A stretch of 63,386 bases of DNA, filler included, from Rhabdomonas costata (GCA_019059605.1; 48 parts of 48 records of this genome joined end to end with filler, not necessarily neighbours in it); one strand, 5' to 3'. Positions 23,701 to 36,662 are shown, counted from the first letter of the whole stretch. Numbers and translations: made by a program. The notes: generated from the sequence alone by a model not told the origin.

Positions 23701-26700
23701 CACCCAACACNNNNNNNNNNNNNNNNNNNNNNNNNNNNNNNNNNNNNNNNNNNNTTAATTAATTAANNNNNNNNNNNNNNNNNNNNNNNNNNNNNNNNNN
23801 NNNNNNNNNNTGTTGTGGTTTTATTGCAATGAATGCATAATGCATGGAAGAGGATTGAGCGAGACGCTGAAGGCGATTTTCTATGCGTTTAATTGTGTCA
23901 GCGGCGCAATACCCATACCTCATACCGCTTTTGCGTGATTATGGGAGTAATGCTGCATATAACACTGGCAGGCCTTTAACTTGCACCTTCGGAGCTCACG
24001 TTTTCCTATGCTTCCACGTGTCTTTACCACTGTCAATCGTTCGTTTCCCCGATAATGACATATGTATGAGATATGAGCATATGTATGTGTGATCATTTTG
24101 TTTCGCCTTCTGCCCCTAGCTTTGGTTCTCCTCTTCGATGTTCGCGCTTTTTTAGCGTGATTCGAGAGAGAGAGAGATGGCGAAATGGGCGGACGTTGTC
24201 AATCAGGCAAAACGGTTCAATGACCGAGTAGTTTTCACCTTGGCAACCGGAATTGTTAACAACCACGCCAGCGGTAAGCCCACCAAGGGCAAGTTCCGGG
24301 TCCTCGCCCGGAAAGGCAAGGCCGGAGACCCCAACTGCTGCCGGCACGCCAGCGGCCCCCCCCAAAAAGCCTTTGTGCAGACACCGGCGGAAAAAAGGAC
24401 GTTCCACCCACCAAGGGTTCGGGTCAAAGCGTCATCTTCCAATCCAGTCTCCTTGTTTCCTTCGGTTGCCCGCGCGCCTCCTAGAAATTTTCGAAAAGGA
24501 CATCTCTTAGATCAGAGCGTTCCGGGGCATCGACCACGCAAATGGTCCGCGCCAATGTAATTGTTTTGACCGGGCGCCAGTTTTAGCACCATGTGCACAG
24601 CCCGTCCGGGCCCGGCGCGCCGTCCGGGCCCGGGTAGATTATTCAGCTTTAGTGGGGTGGACAAGGGAAAAGTGGAACGCCGCTCGTCGCCACTCCGCTT
24701 CTTGGAAAGAGAGAAAACCCAAGGCAAGATAAAGGAGGTCCGCGTGTCCAATTCCTCTTCGGGAAAAACAAAACTGCTGACACAAAGCGGCAATACGCAG
24801 GAGCAGAAGCACAAAAGGGCCGAATCCAAGAGAGGGAGGCCTCTAGGAGAGGCCAAGGCCCAAGCCCACGCGGTAGAAACAGGCCCCGCCGCGATAGCCA
24901 AGCGAGGAATACGACGAGAGAGGAAGAGCATTGGGAACAGAAGGAAAATGAACCCACCACGTCGGCGGCCTCCTCGCCGTGAGCGTTCGTTGGGTCGGGG
25001 CCAATCCACCGAACACCTTGTACCCCCAACCCCNNNNNNNNNNNNNNNNNNNNNNNNNNNNNNNNNNNNNNNNNNNNTTAATTAATTAANNNNNNNNNNN
25101 NNNNNNNNNNNNNNNNNNNNNNNNNNNNNNNNNGTGGGGGGGGTGCGAGGCCATCCACTATTGCATCCGGGCCACGGACTGCATCGTAAAGACACCTTTT
25201 TAGCAAAGACAACCTCAATAAAAGACCAAAAATGAGAAAACCCCGGTAAATACGAAAATGATCACAGAGTTTTGTCACACGTTCGATGAGAGATACAACT
25301 AATCTGCTCTGCTGCACAGGGTAAGATGATGTATGGGTCGACAATACAGTCCGGCGACGACCTGGAAGCGGACCAGTCCAGTCCGATGTCACGTTTTGCG
25401 TTTCATTTTGCAAGTCACCAAAGCATCAGATCCACATGAATAACACTGGAAGCAGTCATACCCCGAAAGTCGCTGAGCTGCCATTGACCAATCGGACCAA
25501 TCGGACCAATCGGAAAGTCTGAATTTTGCCGCCACCTCGCACATCCGCTCCTTTTTTATATTGGTGGGGTTGGGATGAGGATGAGGAGGACGCACGAACC
25601 AGCGGAAGCCTCCACCGATGGAAAGGCATGGGTCAATTACTTGTAATCCATTTGCTCTCTGTGACTGTTGTTCTCCTGCCCATGCATAATTCCGTTCCCA
25701 TCGCGCATGACCAGCTGCATGCTCCCTCCCCCTCTCATCCAGTCATGCCTGGCTAGCGACGGGTGTCTATAAAACAGCATTGTTGACGATACCCACCCAG
25801 AAGGATCGATTTCGGTTTATAGAAAGTATTATTTGCTCTGCGTTGCTTCTACAGACCGTCACGGCTTAATTTGGTTTTGGATGCCGGCTGCCGGAGCCGA
25901 TCAAAAGTCTTCCTGTGCTGATGCCATGAATAAAGACCTCTGAATATTTCCGTGTCTGTGAGAAGGGGCAAACGGTATAGCAGGTATTCACGAGCTCACT
26001 GTTGTCTCTGATACCCGCTGGCTCATAAATGGCAAACGCAGCAAGGGGCACTCAAGCATAAGAGTAAGCAGCTCAGTATAAACCCAATGGGATTGACCGA
26101 AACAAGCCCAAAAGAAAAAGCAGGATAAAGCGCACCAAATAAAGGCATCATGCGCCAACACAGGGCAAAGCCAAATGACAACCAAAAGGCACAAAAGGAA
26201 ACAAATCGCCACAAACAGACGAGAGAGAGATAGAGAAAGAGAGCGACAACGTGATGACAACGCAGAGGCCTTACCACTGAGGTGGTAAGGTTAGGTTAGG
26301 AGGCCAGAACACTCGCCCATCCCTTCATCCCCCACACCCCAACCACACCCACCACANNNNNNNNNNNNNNNNNNNNNNNNNNNNNNNNNNNNNNNNNNNN
26401 TTAATTAATTAANNNNNNNNNNNNNNNNNNNNNNNNNNNNNNNNNNNNNNNNNNNNGGTGGGTTGTGGCAGTTCTGGGTGTTTACATGATGTCAATTTGG
26501 GCTCCGCGTCAGCAAGTCAGGAGGTTGGGGTTTTTATTCTGTGCACGCGTACGCCGTAGGCTGTGCAGTGGGTCCTTAATGCTGCGACGGTCAGTTTTTT
26601 CCTCATGGATTGCTAATTTGTAACTGGTAAGGACGGGTCTTTTATTTAAATTTCTCGTTTCACGCGGTGATTTTTCTGCATTTTTCAATGTCAGTGCATA

Positions 26701-26737
26701 GGGCACGGTTACCTTTTCCGTGTTGGTGTGGTTTCAG

Positions 26738-27618
26738 TTGCCATGGTTTGCGGAGTCGTTTCGAGGAAAGCATTTCAAGTACGCCGTTGAGAGCTTCGGC
26801 CGGAGCCACACTCGAGAGCAGCAAGTGAAGCTGATGCAGAGATTTGAGTCCCTGGACCACGGAGGGGCGGCAGTGTCGCTGTCTGCTCCGGACATTGTGA
26901 TATGGATTTTTGAGCACGTGGGTCTGCTGGTGCGTGCGTGCGTGCGTGATACCCTGATCCCTTCTGTGCTTGTGCCGGTAGCGTCTTCTGTCTTTCGGCA
27001 GCAGGACGGAAGAACAACTAGCCGGCACCGTCGTTCCCCGTGGTTTTTGTTTGCCTCAACACCCACACCGCCCACTACACACCAGCCATATATCGCACGA
27101 TCCCCAGTGAAGCTTTATCTAGCATCCTCCACACACACACACACCAGCTTTCCTTGTAGGTTTTGTTTTTCCTTCGCACCTCTCTCTGTCTCTGTCTCTC
27201 TGCTTCTTGGCATCTCTGTCTCGTGGACCATTACCTTTGCTGTTCCTACCGTGACATTCCCCTGCTTCAAAAAAAAGAAAGGTCCCAGAAAGAAGCAACG
27301 TACCGCACAAACAAATGCAAGTTCCAAAATATACTACGCTGTAGGTGTGAGAACGGCAGTCAGTCTTTTCTTCCCTTCCAGTTTTGTATCCTGTGTCTTA
27401 GGTCGATTCATCCGTATTACCTTCAAAAATTTTCTACACGAAGGAGGTTTACCTGTCCACTGCTCGCCAAAAGTATGACCTTGCTTTCCCCAGCTTTTTG
27501 TGCCATGTTCTGTGTTGCTTTTCTTTTTTCCGATTGTGATTCTGTTTTGGTCAGCTTTTTGGCAAAGTACTCTCTTAAAACTCGGAAGTACCTGGGGACT
27601 ACCTCGATGCCTCCCGAG
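26738..27618 (+). CDS. TRMT11: tRNA m2G10 methyltransferase TRM11; exons 26738 to about 26930 and 27555 to about 27618 (cut by a fold-back)
   Basis: FKYAVESFGRSHTREQQVKLMQRFESLDHGGAAVSLSAPDIVIWIFEHVG (THUMP region) and FLAKYSLKTRKYLGTTSMPPE (cf. YSxKKRxxIGxTSMDA). Confidence 0.85.
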
Positions 27619-28145
27619 TTTTAAGAGAGTACTTTGCCAAAAAGCTGACCAAAACAGAATCACAATCGGAACAAACAAANNNNNNNNNNNNNNNNNNNNN
27701 NNNNNNNNNNNNNNNNNNNNNNNTTAATTAATTAANNNNNNNNNNNNNNNNNNNNNNNNNNNNNNNNNNNNNNNNNNNNGGGTTGGGTTAGGAAAAGAGT
27801 GGGAAGCCAGCGGTCAAGGCCGGCCTCGAGGAACACCTGGAGCAGTGAAGAGGACGAAGAGGCATCCAAAAAGCGTTTTCAAGTGAAGATATGACCTCTG
27901 AGAACGAAAGTAACCGTAAGGGTAAGGGTAAGGGTAAGGGTTAGGAAAAAAGTAGAATGCCCGGTGGAGCCAGAAAGACCTCAAGAAGTGGCAATGCCTT
28001 GTGCACGGAGACGATGTCAATGAAGATGTACATGTGGGTTCGGGGGTGTGGGTGCATCCTGATTCTTTGCGCTGGTTTTGCAGTGACATTTTAAATGGTT
28101 AACGCAACGACTTGACTTTCTTGCGTTCTTCGTGGCTGTTTTCAG

Positions 28146-28389
28146 GTCCCTGTGGAGAAGGTCGTCGAGAAAGTTGTCAAGGTGTACTGCTTTCACAGCA
28201 AAGTTTCCTTATTTGAGGCGCACGAGCAAAGCTTTTTGACGGGGATTTGGGGTCCCGGCACAGGTTCCTGTGGAGACGGTGGTGCAGGTCCCTGAGGAAA
28301 GGATTGTGAGAAAGGTGGTCGAAGTGGAGGTCCCGTATGAGAACATTGTGGAGAAGGTCGTGACGTATCCCGTGGAGAAGATTGTCGAG
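28146..28389 (+). CDS. Articulin-like (VPV-repeat) pellicle/epiplasm protein; exons 28146-28181 and 28264-28389
   Basis: VPVEKVVEKVVK|VPVETVVQVPEERIVRKVVEVEVPYENIVEKVVTYPVEKIVE with GT-AG junctions. Not in the ORF track. Confidence 0.85.
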
Positions 28390-29184
28390 GTGTGAGCACA
28401 GAGACCGTTGTTGCTTGACCCCCCCCCCAGCTTTCTCGAACTTCACTTCTGGCGTTTTTATCACGGTGCCTATTCCCTATTTTCCTTCGGAAACTTTTGT
28501 TTTCTCCCCGCAAGCACAACAGAACAGCACAAGAGCACGTCGAAGGGAACACAGAAGGGAAACCCGAAGGTATCAGGTCCTGGACGTGAGTGGGGAGGGA
28601 GTGTGAGAAGACAGCGCGTGGGCATGTCTGTGACGGGCGTGACCTCCAGCACCGCAAGAGAGAGGAAACGGCGCGTTAACACGGACAAGCAAGGCTCAGG
28701 AGGGAAGGTCTCAAAGTTTTACAGGTCTCCTCCTGACTCGGGGCCCCCGCAGCTTGGGGCAGCGCGCCGGTGGGGTCGTGGAGGCGCCCAAACGGCCATT
28801 GATTGGTTGGCGGCACCAAACAATAAACTAAATAAAATAAACAATGTGCTGCAGAAAGGATCGAAAACATAAATCAAACAGGGAGTGTCGATGATTGTGC
28901 CGAACCAGGCGATGGCGCTCTGTGTGCTGTGTTGTGAGCTGTGTTGAGACAGACAGACAGACAGACAGACAGACACACACACAGACAGACAGACAAACAA
29001 CANNNNNNNNNNNNNNNNNNNNNNNNNNNNNNNNNNNNNNNNNNNNTTAATTAATTAANNNNNNNNNNNNNNNNNNNNNNNNNNNNNNNNNNNNNNNNNN
29101 NNGTTTGTGGCTAGAACAGCCGGTCATGCGGTTCTGCGCGGAGCATGGAAAGGCAAAGCCTCGAGCACAGAGACAGAGGCGTGC

Positions 29185-29378
29185 CTTGGCAGAGTCACCC
29201 TCGGTGAGGACCAGGGTGCATTCCGAGGCGCGTGAGCCCCCAGCCTCGTTGGCCTCCTCCAGCTTCGCGATCCCCACCAGCCGACGAGACCGCCGCGAGG
29301 CCACGTTGCGGTTCACAGCGGCCTCCGTGCGGCTCGCAGTGCTGGCCACAATGCTCTCCATGAGCTCCCCCTTGCACA
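29185..29378 (-). CDS. TOP2: DNA topoisomerase II exon (start of the TOPRIM region)
   Basis: RLVGIAKLEEANEAGGSRASECTLVLTEGDSAK matches KLxDANxAG...CTLILTEGDSAK. Confidence 0.93.
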
Positions 29379-30566
29379 CTGCAGGAGCGGAAGGATGGAG
29401 GGTCGGAGGAATGCGGGGACCAGCCCTTCTTGCACACCCCCTTGAACTTTTTGTACCCCGCTTTAGCGTTCAGGTCCAAATTGTGGGTGGACTCCGACTG
29501 TCGGCTCCATTCTAAAATTCGATTTGCAATTGGGACCACGGGGCGAGAATCCCGCACCAACAGGTCGGCTGGAACGACTGGAACGCTGGGGAAGCGGAAG
29601 CGGCCGTTTCTTGCGAACCAAGACGCCTCCATCCGCATTCGTCTGTGACTCTGCTGCTTGGTAATTACAGTCATATCATCCTGAAGCAGTGCTATCGCTT
29701 AGCTGCCAATTGCAAATACGCATACACTATACTAAACTGGTGTTTCTACTAGCACGAGGTGAGGCTTCGCCCTCGTGTCTGTGAAGTTCCTCTGCCGACA
29801 TCCATCGGCCGACATTATTGCTCTACTTTCCGCCACTTTTCCTTGTCTCCGCCCCCTGCATTCCGAGTTCTGCTTATTGTCTTGCTGTTCGTCAGCGAAT
29901 AATACTGAATAATACCCTGTGCTTCTGGGAAGGACTGCGTTTCAGAAAGGCACAAAGCACAAGAGCCGTCACCGTTATTTGCAGAATGCAAACATGTGTT
30001 CCTACCACATCTCCTCAGACGCAACAAAGGTCCTCAACATTGCCCCCCCGAAAAACCAAAGATGAAGACGAAAATTGTCTGTCCGGAGCAATTCGCGGGG
30101 TGAAAAGTAAGGGAGGAGTGCATACAACTATCCAGGAATTTGTCGCTCAACTTGCAATCGGAGCCAAAGTTGCCCTTCGTGGTGGTCAAGGTCTCTTTCG
30201 TTTGTGAGTCGAACGCAGGATTCTCTGCACATCACAAAAAGAAATTCATTCGCTCGTGTGTATGTGTGTATGTGTAGAAACGAAAGGCAGTAATTCACAG
30301 GAAAATCGGAAAATTACCAAAACCCNNNNNNNNNNNNNNNNNNNNNNNNNNNNNNNNNNNNNNNNNNNNTTAATTAATTAANNNNNNNNNNNNNNNNNNN
30401 NNNNNNNNNNNNNNNNNNNNNNNNNTTGTCTTGGGGGGGGGGCGTCTTGCTGCTGCATCACCGCTTGCTTTTCGTCGGAAGCTGATCTTTCAACATCCGG
30501 AGTTTGTCACGCTTGACTGCATGTCCTTGGCTATGCCCAGTTGTGATGGCTGCCTGGATCGCGCAG

Positions 30567-31370
30567 GGTACTGCCTGGCCGACTTCGAAGATGACCTGCG
30601 CGCTGTGCTGAGGCGTGCGGGATGCAAGGGGGAGCGGATCTGCTTCATCTTTGACGAGAGCAACATCATGGAGTCCGGATTCCTCGAGTATATGAACGCC
30701 CTGCTGGCCTCCGGAGAGGTCGACTCTACCCCCCCTCCCCGCCCCGCGCTCGCCGATCCTCTGCTCTAGCTGGGGGTGCGAATATCGGCCGAATATTTTT
30801 TGGGAAGGATCATTGCAATTTTGGTTGTTGGCATACTTTCTTTGTAGCTACTTCCCTCCGTTCTCGGCCACTGCCCGTTGTGTTGCTGACCCTTCCGAAC
30901 GGCAGGCAATGAATTCATCTCCGGTCTGTCCTTGCACCAAGGCAATTGGATTATGGTGTGAAAAACAACCAACCATCATATCTGATAATGTTTTATCGAT
31001 TTATCGCGTCCCTAGTTGCGTCTTAGTTGCACCTGTCACAAAGCAGAATCTAACCGCACTATGCTAGACGTGAGTTAAAATAAGGCGTCTGCTGATGTGC
31101 GGCAATTTCCAACCCCTTGGTGCGTGCCCCTCAGGTTCCCGGGCTCTTCGAGGGGGAGGAGTACACCAGCTTAATCAGCCAGTGCAAGGAGGGCGTGGGC
31201 AGCAGCATCGTCACCGGGGAGGCCGAACTGTACAAGTGGTTCGTCTCCCAGGTGCAGCACAACCTGCACATCATCTTCACCATGAACCCCCAGAGCCCGG
31301 ACTTCTACAACCGCACCGCTACATCCCCGGCGCTGTTCAACCGCTGCACAATCGACTGGTTCGGGGAGTG
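30567..31370 (+). CDS. DYNC1H1: Cytoplasmic dynein-1 heavy chain, AAA4 region; exons 30567-30718 and 31135-31370
   Basis: [28 protein letters not shown]...[19 protein letters not shown]...[10 protein letters not shown]...[18 protein letters not shown]. Confidence 0.95.
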
Positions 31371-34212
31371 GTATGCCTGCCCACTTACCCACTAGGTCCT
31401 TCCCGGCTCGTCAGTTAGAAAAGTGTCTCTGTCAGTTACGTGCTCAACGCGGAGTGCTCCACAAACCCAACAAAGGTCCAGATCGCCTGAAGAAACTAGT
31501 GCGGTGGTGGGGAGGAAATATACTGATGTCCAGAACGGCTTCTTGGCTTTCGGTTTCGGCAGGACCAATAAATACTAAATGGCGTGGCGGGTTTGGTCGC
31601 GTTAATATCGACCCTCTGGCTGCACGCACTCACACTACCACACACCCCNNNNNNNNNNNNNNNNNNNNNNNNNNNNNNNNNNNNNNNNNNNNTTAATTAA
31701 TTAANNNNNNNNNNNNNNNNNNNNNNNNNNNNNNNNNNNNNNNNNNNNTTAGGGTTTTGCGCCATTGTTGCTGCCCTATCGCTTGCTTCAGGTCGGAGTG
31801 GAGTGAGTAGACCGAGCCACGCGGATCAAGCCGATAGGGCAGCAACAATGGCGCAAAAGCACAAGGGTAAAGTATTAAGAAGGATGAACGAACGACCTGT
31901 TTGTTGCCACCCTTCTTGGCAACCCGGAGGTCATGCTGTAGACGCTCCTTTACCGTCTTTACCTTGTAGTTGTGGTAGGCCCGAACCAGCGGATTGATGC
32001 GACCCGGCATTCTTTTTGGAAGCCCTTCACCGCGGGCCAAAGAGGGAGAGAGATGTGTTCCGAAAATAAAGAAAAGATGCTTTCGAGAGCGAACTCAGCA
32101 ATGGAGGATGGGAGAGCGCCAAACCCACACAGAGCAGAGAGGAAAGGGGATTCTCCAAAGACTTTCCGCAATCGAATGCCCGGAACTTAAATGTGGCTAC
32201 TGCTGCCGCCTTGTCACCACGTGTGCCCTTAGCCTGCGACACGGGGGATACACCGACAATTTCACGCACCGTATACTACTTCACCTATAAATTGCAGTTT
32301 GCTGGTTGTCTCAACTTTTTGACTCTGTTTGCTTGCTTACCTATAGGCAAGCAACCATACCATAAGTCCACCTCGCCCAATTTGGAGTCAGTAAGGGATG
32401 TCATGTGACAGTTTGAAGCTAAAGGAGAGCGGGTTCGATGCAAGCCCAGCTGAAGCGAATCCGACCCAGATGGAAGATATTGGGTCAAAGAGATCAACCA
32501 TCGGTCAAGTGGTCAATTGGTCAAAAGTTGTGTACACAGTAAGAGGGACGTGAGTCCGCAGCTGAGAGGATCTCGCCGGAAACCAGCCGGAAACCGACCG
32601 GAAACCAATGGATGCCGGGGTTGGGTGGCAATGCACCCATCCAATAGAAGCTATTGCAGGGGGTTAGGTGGCGATCCACGCGTTTTTTAAAATTTCGACA
32701 GATCCTTTGCAGGGGGTTAGGGAATCGGTGCGTGTTCCCTTGGATTCCAACAAAAGATTTGCAGGGGGCTTGTGATGCACGTGTTTCCAGCGATGAACCG
32801 GTGTTTTCCATCTTGTCCAGAATGTCTCGGCCGCGGAGCGCAGGAACCAGGAAAATAAGAATTTGAAGCACATTAGTTGAAGCACATTCTTCATTATACC
32901 GCGACGATGGGAACAACATTGGGTCTCCGCTTTGCCATCTCCACCAAGTCTCGCCCAGAACGGTGAGAGAANNNNNNNNNNNNNNNNNNNNNNNNNNNNN
33001 NNNNNNNNNNNNNNNTTAATTAATTAANNNNNNNNNNNNNNNNNNNNNNNNNNNNNNNNNNNNNNNNNNNNGTTTTTTGTGCCATTCTCTCGCTTATTCT
33101 TCCCTCAGGTACCGCAGCCAGCGCCCCCACCGGAATTCACACCAGAACTACTGGCCATAATCCTAAAGGCACAAAATCAAACAGCCCTAATGAACATGAC
33201 GCAAAAGTTTTCGTGATCTGGTAGAAGGAGCCGGAGGTCAAGTGAAGAGGTGCTCCCACACCAGAGGATCCAACTAACCCATCCGCCAATACTACACCAA
33301 AAAGAGCCGGAGAAAGCACGGGAGTGAGATGAATTGTACCCGGATGTTGTGGTTCCTGGTTAAGACGAGGCCAAGAAGAGGCGGACATGGCATCCTTGTT
33401 GTCAGGGCAAGCGAAGGCTCCTCACAGAGTATGCCTTGCGGCGAATCAAGATAGCGGTGCAGAGTCCCGAAAATACCTGGATGATTCCTCAACAGCTGCA
33501 GCCACCAAAGATGACGCACCACCATGTCAAGCCTGGGGTCCAGCATCGCACAAGCACCCAATGGAGGGCCTCAAAGGACTTCAGTGGAAGCAAAGTGGCT
33601 CAGACAGAGGGTGGTCAGCCGATGCAGATTAGTCTTTCCCTGTGCCCACACAGGCAGCACGTGGGCGTTGGTCACGTTCCGAATATCACAACCATCCAGA
33701 AGCTGCGGCAAGTGCTCCATAACTGCATCACCACAGGAGCCGGAACAGAAAGGGCGTCCAGGCTTCGAGCTGATAACTTTGCCTTGGGAATACGAGAGGC
33801 TAAGTGTGCCGTAGTAGCCACCTGCTTATTTGCCACCAGCACAACCCCGAGGCTTTTTCTAGGGGTTTTGGCTTTTGCTGGTAGGTGGAGTCGAAACAAA
33901 TTGTCCAACAAGAAGCAGAAGAAGCAGAGGCGCACCGGGTGAAAGGAAGAAAAGGGAGAGGAAAGGAGTAAAGTCGTATTTTCGGCAAATGGTTCGGAAG
34001 TAAGGAGCCCAAAAAACACAAGATTTGCAGGAAAGTGGTAGAGAATAGATGGTGGATGTGCTAAAGGGGAAACGTTTTCAAAGGGAACTGGCGCGTTGGT
34101 GGAAACAAATGGAAAAGCACAACAGGAAGGCGACCGGGCCAATGTGACGACGAGGTGGGAAATTATGCTATGGATGTTGACTGACACGGTGCAAAAATTA
34201 TTAAATCGAATG

Positions 34213-34294
34213 AAAAAGAAAAAGAAAAAGAAAAAGAAAAAGAAAAAGAAAAAGAAAAAGAAAAAGAAAAAGAAAAAGAAAAAGAAAAAGAAAA
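34213..34294 (+). repeat. (AAAAAG)n microsatellite at contig end
   Basis: Perfect hexamer array; it explains the poly-Lys ORF. Confidence 0.95.
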
Positions 34295-35212
34295 CNNNNN
34301 NNNNNNNNNNNNNNNNNNNNNNNNNNNNNNNNNNNNNNNTTAATTAATTAANNNNNNNNNNNNNNNNNNNNNNNNNNNNNNNNNNNNNNNNNNNNGTGGG
34401 GTTTGACCATATAACTTGTAAACGCGGCCACCGTACAAGATATATGGTCAAATCCCCAGGGGAAAACCACGGGTGTGACGTTGCAGGAAGAGAGGATAAA
34501 AAACAACAGTACCCTGGCGTCTCGTATGCTGAACTCGGACGAGGACGAAGGCTGCAAGGTGGAGCCAGCCATTTTCTTTTCAAAACGATGTCAATGAAAG
34601 CAAGTAAGAAGAGGGCAACACGCTGGTATAGAGTGGAATACTTGCCACAAAGATTTTGCTACTGAAAGAGGTAAGAGGTCCGCAGAGTGAACCTCGACGC
34701 CACGCGTCCGTTTGAACCAGACTGCAGTTGATATGACGGGTGTTTGGTCATGCAAATGGGTGTCGAGATGTCGGAGACTCATTGAGAACTGCACCACGGC
34801 CACCTGATGCCATGAATTAGGCGGTGACAGAATCAATCGGCATGCATCACAAGCTGAACCGAGGCAGTGGTGGGCTGCAGCAACGACCCTGCATCGCTAC
34901 AGTGCAATCTCGCGTGCCTTCGGAATTGCTCGCGAAAGGCGTTGCTGTGGCCACCTTCTTTTTCCAGGTGCATACACCCAAAGTCAAACTTCTCCAAAGT
35001 ACCACACACCAAACTCCAAATTCATCCAAACACATGTACCCCTCTATCCGTTATGTTGGGAGCGAACAGGGCCACAAAACGGCACCGGAGTTTAGTACCA
35101 TGCGAGTCTTCGTCCGAAGCGCCAACACACACAGCAGCACAGAATGAAACAGGGACTGTCTGAGTGAGAGAGCCTCCGGGGCGGGAGGGGGGGGTGGAAA
35201 TAGGGAGTGGAA

Positions 35213-35416
35213 TTAGGATCCCGTGGTGAAGGCCAGCTTGTGCATCTCCCGAACAACGGCCTGGACCTTCTCGAAGGTAGGCTTGGCCTCCGCGGGCAGC
35301 CCCTCGGGCCGGACCAGCACCACGGTCACAGGGCGTTTCACCATGCACGCCAGGCCAAGCTCCCGGCGAGAAGGCACGTAAATGTATGGCACGTCGTGGT
35401 CTTCAAAGACGGCAGG
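35213..35416 (-). CDS. NHP2: H/ACA snoRNP subunit NHP2 (L7Ae family), last exon
   Basis: PAVFEDHDVPYIYVPSRRELGLACMVKRPVTVVLVRP...TGS* after a CTAG acceptor. Not in the ORF track. Confidence 0.8.
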   Translation of the reverse strand, partial: PAVFEDHDVPYIYVPSRRELGLACMVKRPVTVVLVRPEGLPAEAKPTFEKVQAVVREMHKLAFTTGS

Positions 35417-36106
35417 CTAGTTTTGTTTTTGGAGGGAGGAAGGGAAAGACTCGTTTATTGCGCGCTGACCCAAAAAAATCCAGACGACTATGGTAACTTA
35501 AGCCCTTCAACCTGGCGCCTTATCATGTGACCGCGTGATCGGTAAACGAACTATTTGCCGCTGGGAGCTCCCTACCCCCACCCCCACCCGTCTTCGCAGC
35601 AATCTACGACCCCACACANNNNNNNNNNNNNNNNNNNNNNNNNNNNNNNNNNNNNNNNNNNNTTAATTAATTAANNNNNNNNNNNNNNNNNNNNNNNNNN
35701 NNNNNNNNNNNNNNNNNNGTTTGTGGGTGGGGGAGTGGCGGCAGGTAGCGGGGGTCTCGGCAGGGACTCTTTTACGCTGCTGTTAGAAGGGGAGCTGAGC
35801 GCTCTTTTTGGCAACAAGTCAACCTTTTGGAGCAAGCAAAAACTGCGGCGCAGCAAAAAAAAAGTTCGACAGAGCAGCAGGGCATAGGGTAAAATAAGGG
35901 AGGAAGCCACCAGAAGAGAAACACTATACGTACTCAAACGAAGGGTTTTTGCCCAATAAATGCAGAGGGGAACGATGAAGGAGATGAAGAAGCGAGGGGG
36001 CACGAGCGAGAAGAGGGGGATGCAAACCAGGCACTGTGAAAAGCTTCCAAGCAAAAAGGAAAGGTTGCCAGAAGGGTGCAAAAAGAGGCTGTACACCCAT
36101 ACACAC

Positions 36107-36662
36107 CGCAAACAGCCTGGTCACGCCCACTTGTGGGAAGTTCTTGTGACACAGCCCGGCAAACTCGGGCAGGGCCGCCGCGAAATTCGTCTCCTTCACA
36201 CCATGCACCAGCCCAATAACCGCAGACACCTGCGGTGGTGGTGGTGGTGGTGGGTGCAGCACAGCATAACAAAGCCCAACAACAGGCCCAACAACCTGGT
36301 GACGGTCAGACCGGACCCCCATGGTGTCGTTTGTGTCATTATCTGTGTGAGAGATGGGGAATCTTTAAGATTCTGGGGGATATATTTTATGTGTTTTGCT
36401 ATGCCACAATATCATTTGTCATCTCCCAACCACAATTGCAAAGGGAAATGGAATCGAAATCGAATCTTCTTCGCGCCGATGTGTCTGAGTGAGTGAGTGA
36501 GTGAGTGAGTGAGTGAGTGAGTTGAGAAGAGAAAGGGATGAACAGCTCTACCCGCCGGGCCATGTGTAAGTCCTGGAACTTCCGGGGCTCCTCCTCGGCC
36601 CGAGTGAAGTTCAGTAACACCAGGGCCTTGGCCCCAGGCCTTCTGGGGAAAGGGTTGGCCGT
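36107..36662 (-). CDS. TRAPPC9: TRAPPII subunit Trs120/TRAPPC9, N-terminal exons (36662-36552, 36229-36107)
   Basis: NPFP...LLNFTRAEEEPRKFQDLHMARR|VSAVIGLVH...FAGLCHKNFPQVGVTRLFA parallels Trs120 SPF...WEDFQxxRKxxAVIGxxH...RxFAF. Confidence 0.75.
36486..36521 (+). repeat. (GAGT)n microsatellite; similar arrays are (CT)n at about 20683-20713 and 38625-38654, (GACA)n at 28947-28995, (GCAC)n at 41464-41510 and (TG)n at 51589-51613
   Basis: Directly visible. Confidence 0.9.

Noticed and set aside
25486-25513. (GACCAATCG)x3 as a CCAAT-box cluster
   Set aside because: Short tandem repeat with no identifiable gene start nearby.
33072-34295. Non-LTR retrotransposon 3' end with an (AAAAAG)n tail and a poly-Lys protein
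   Set aside because: No RT, endonuclease or zinc-knuckle motif recognised; the poly-Lys is just the translated microsatellite.
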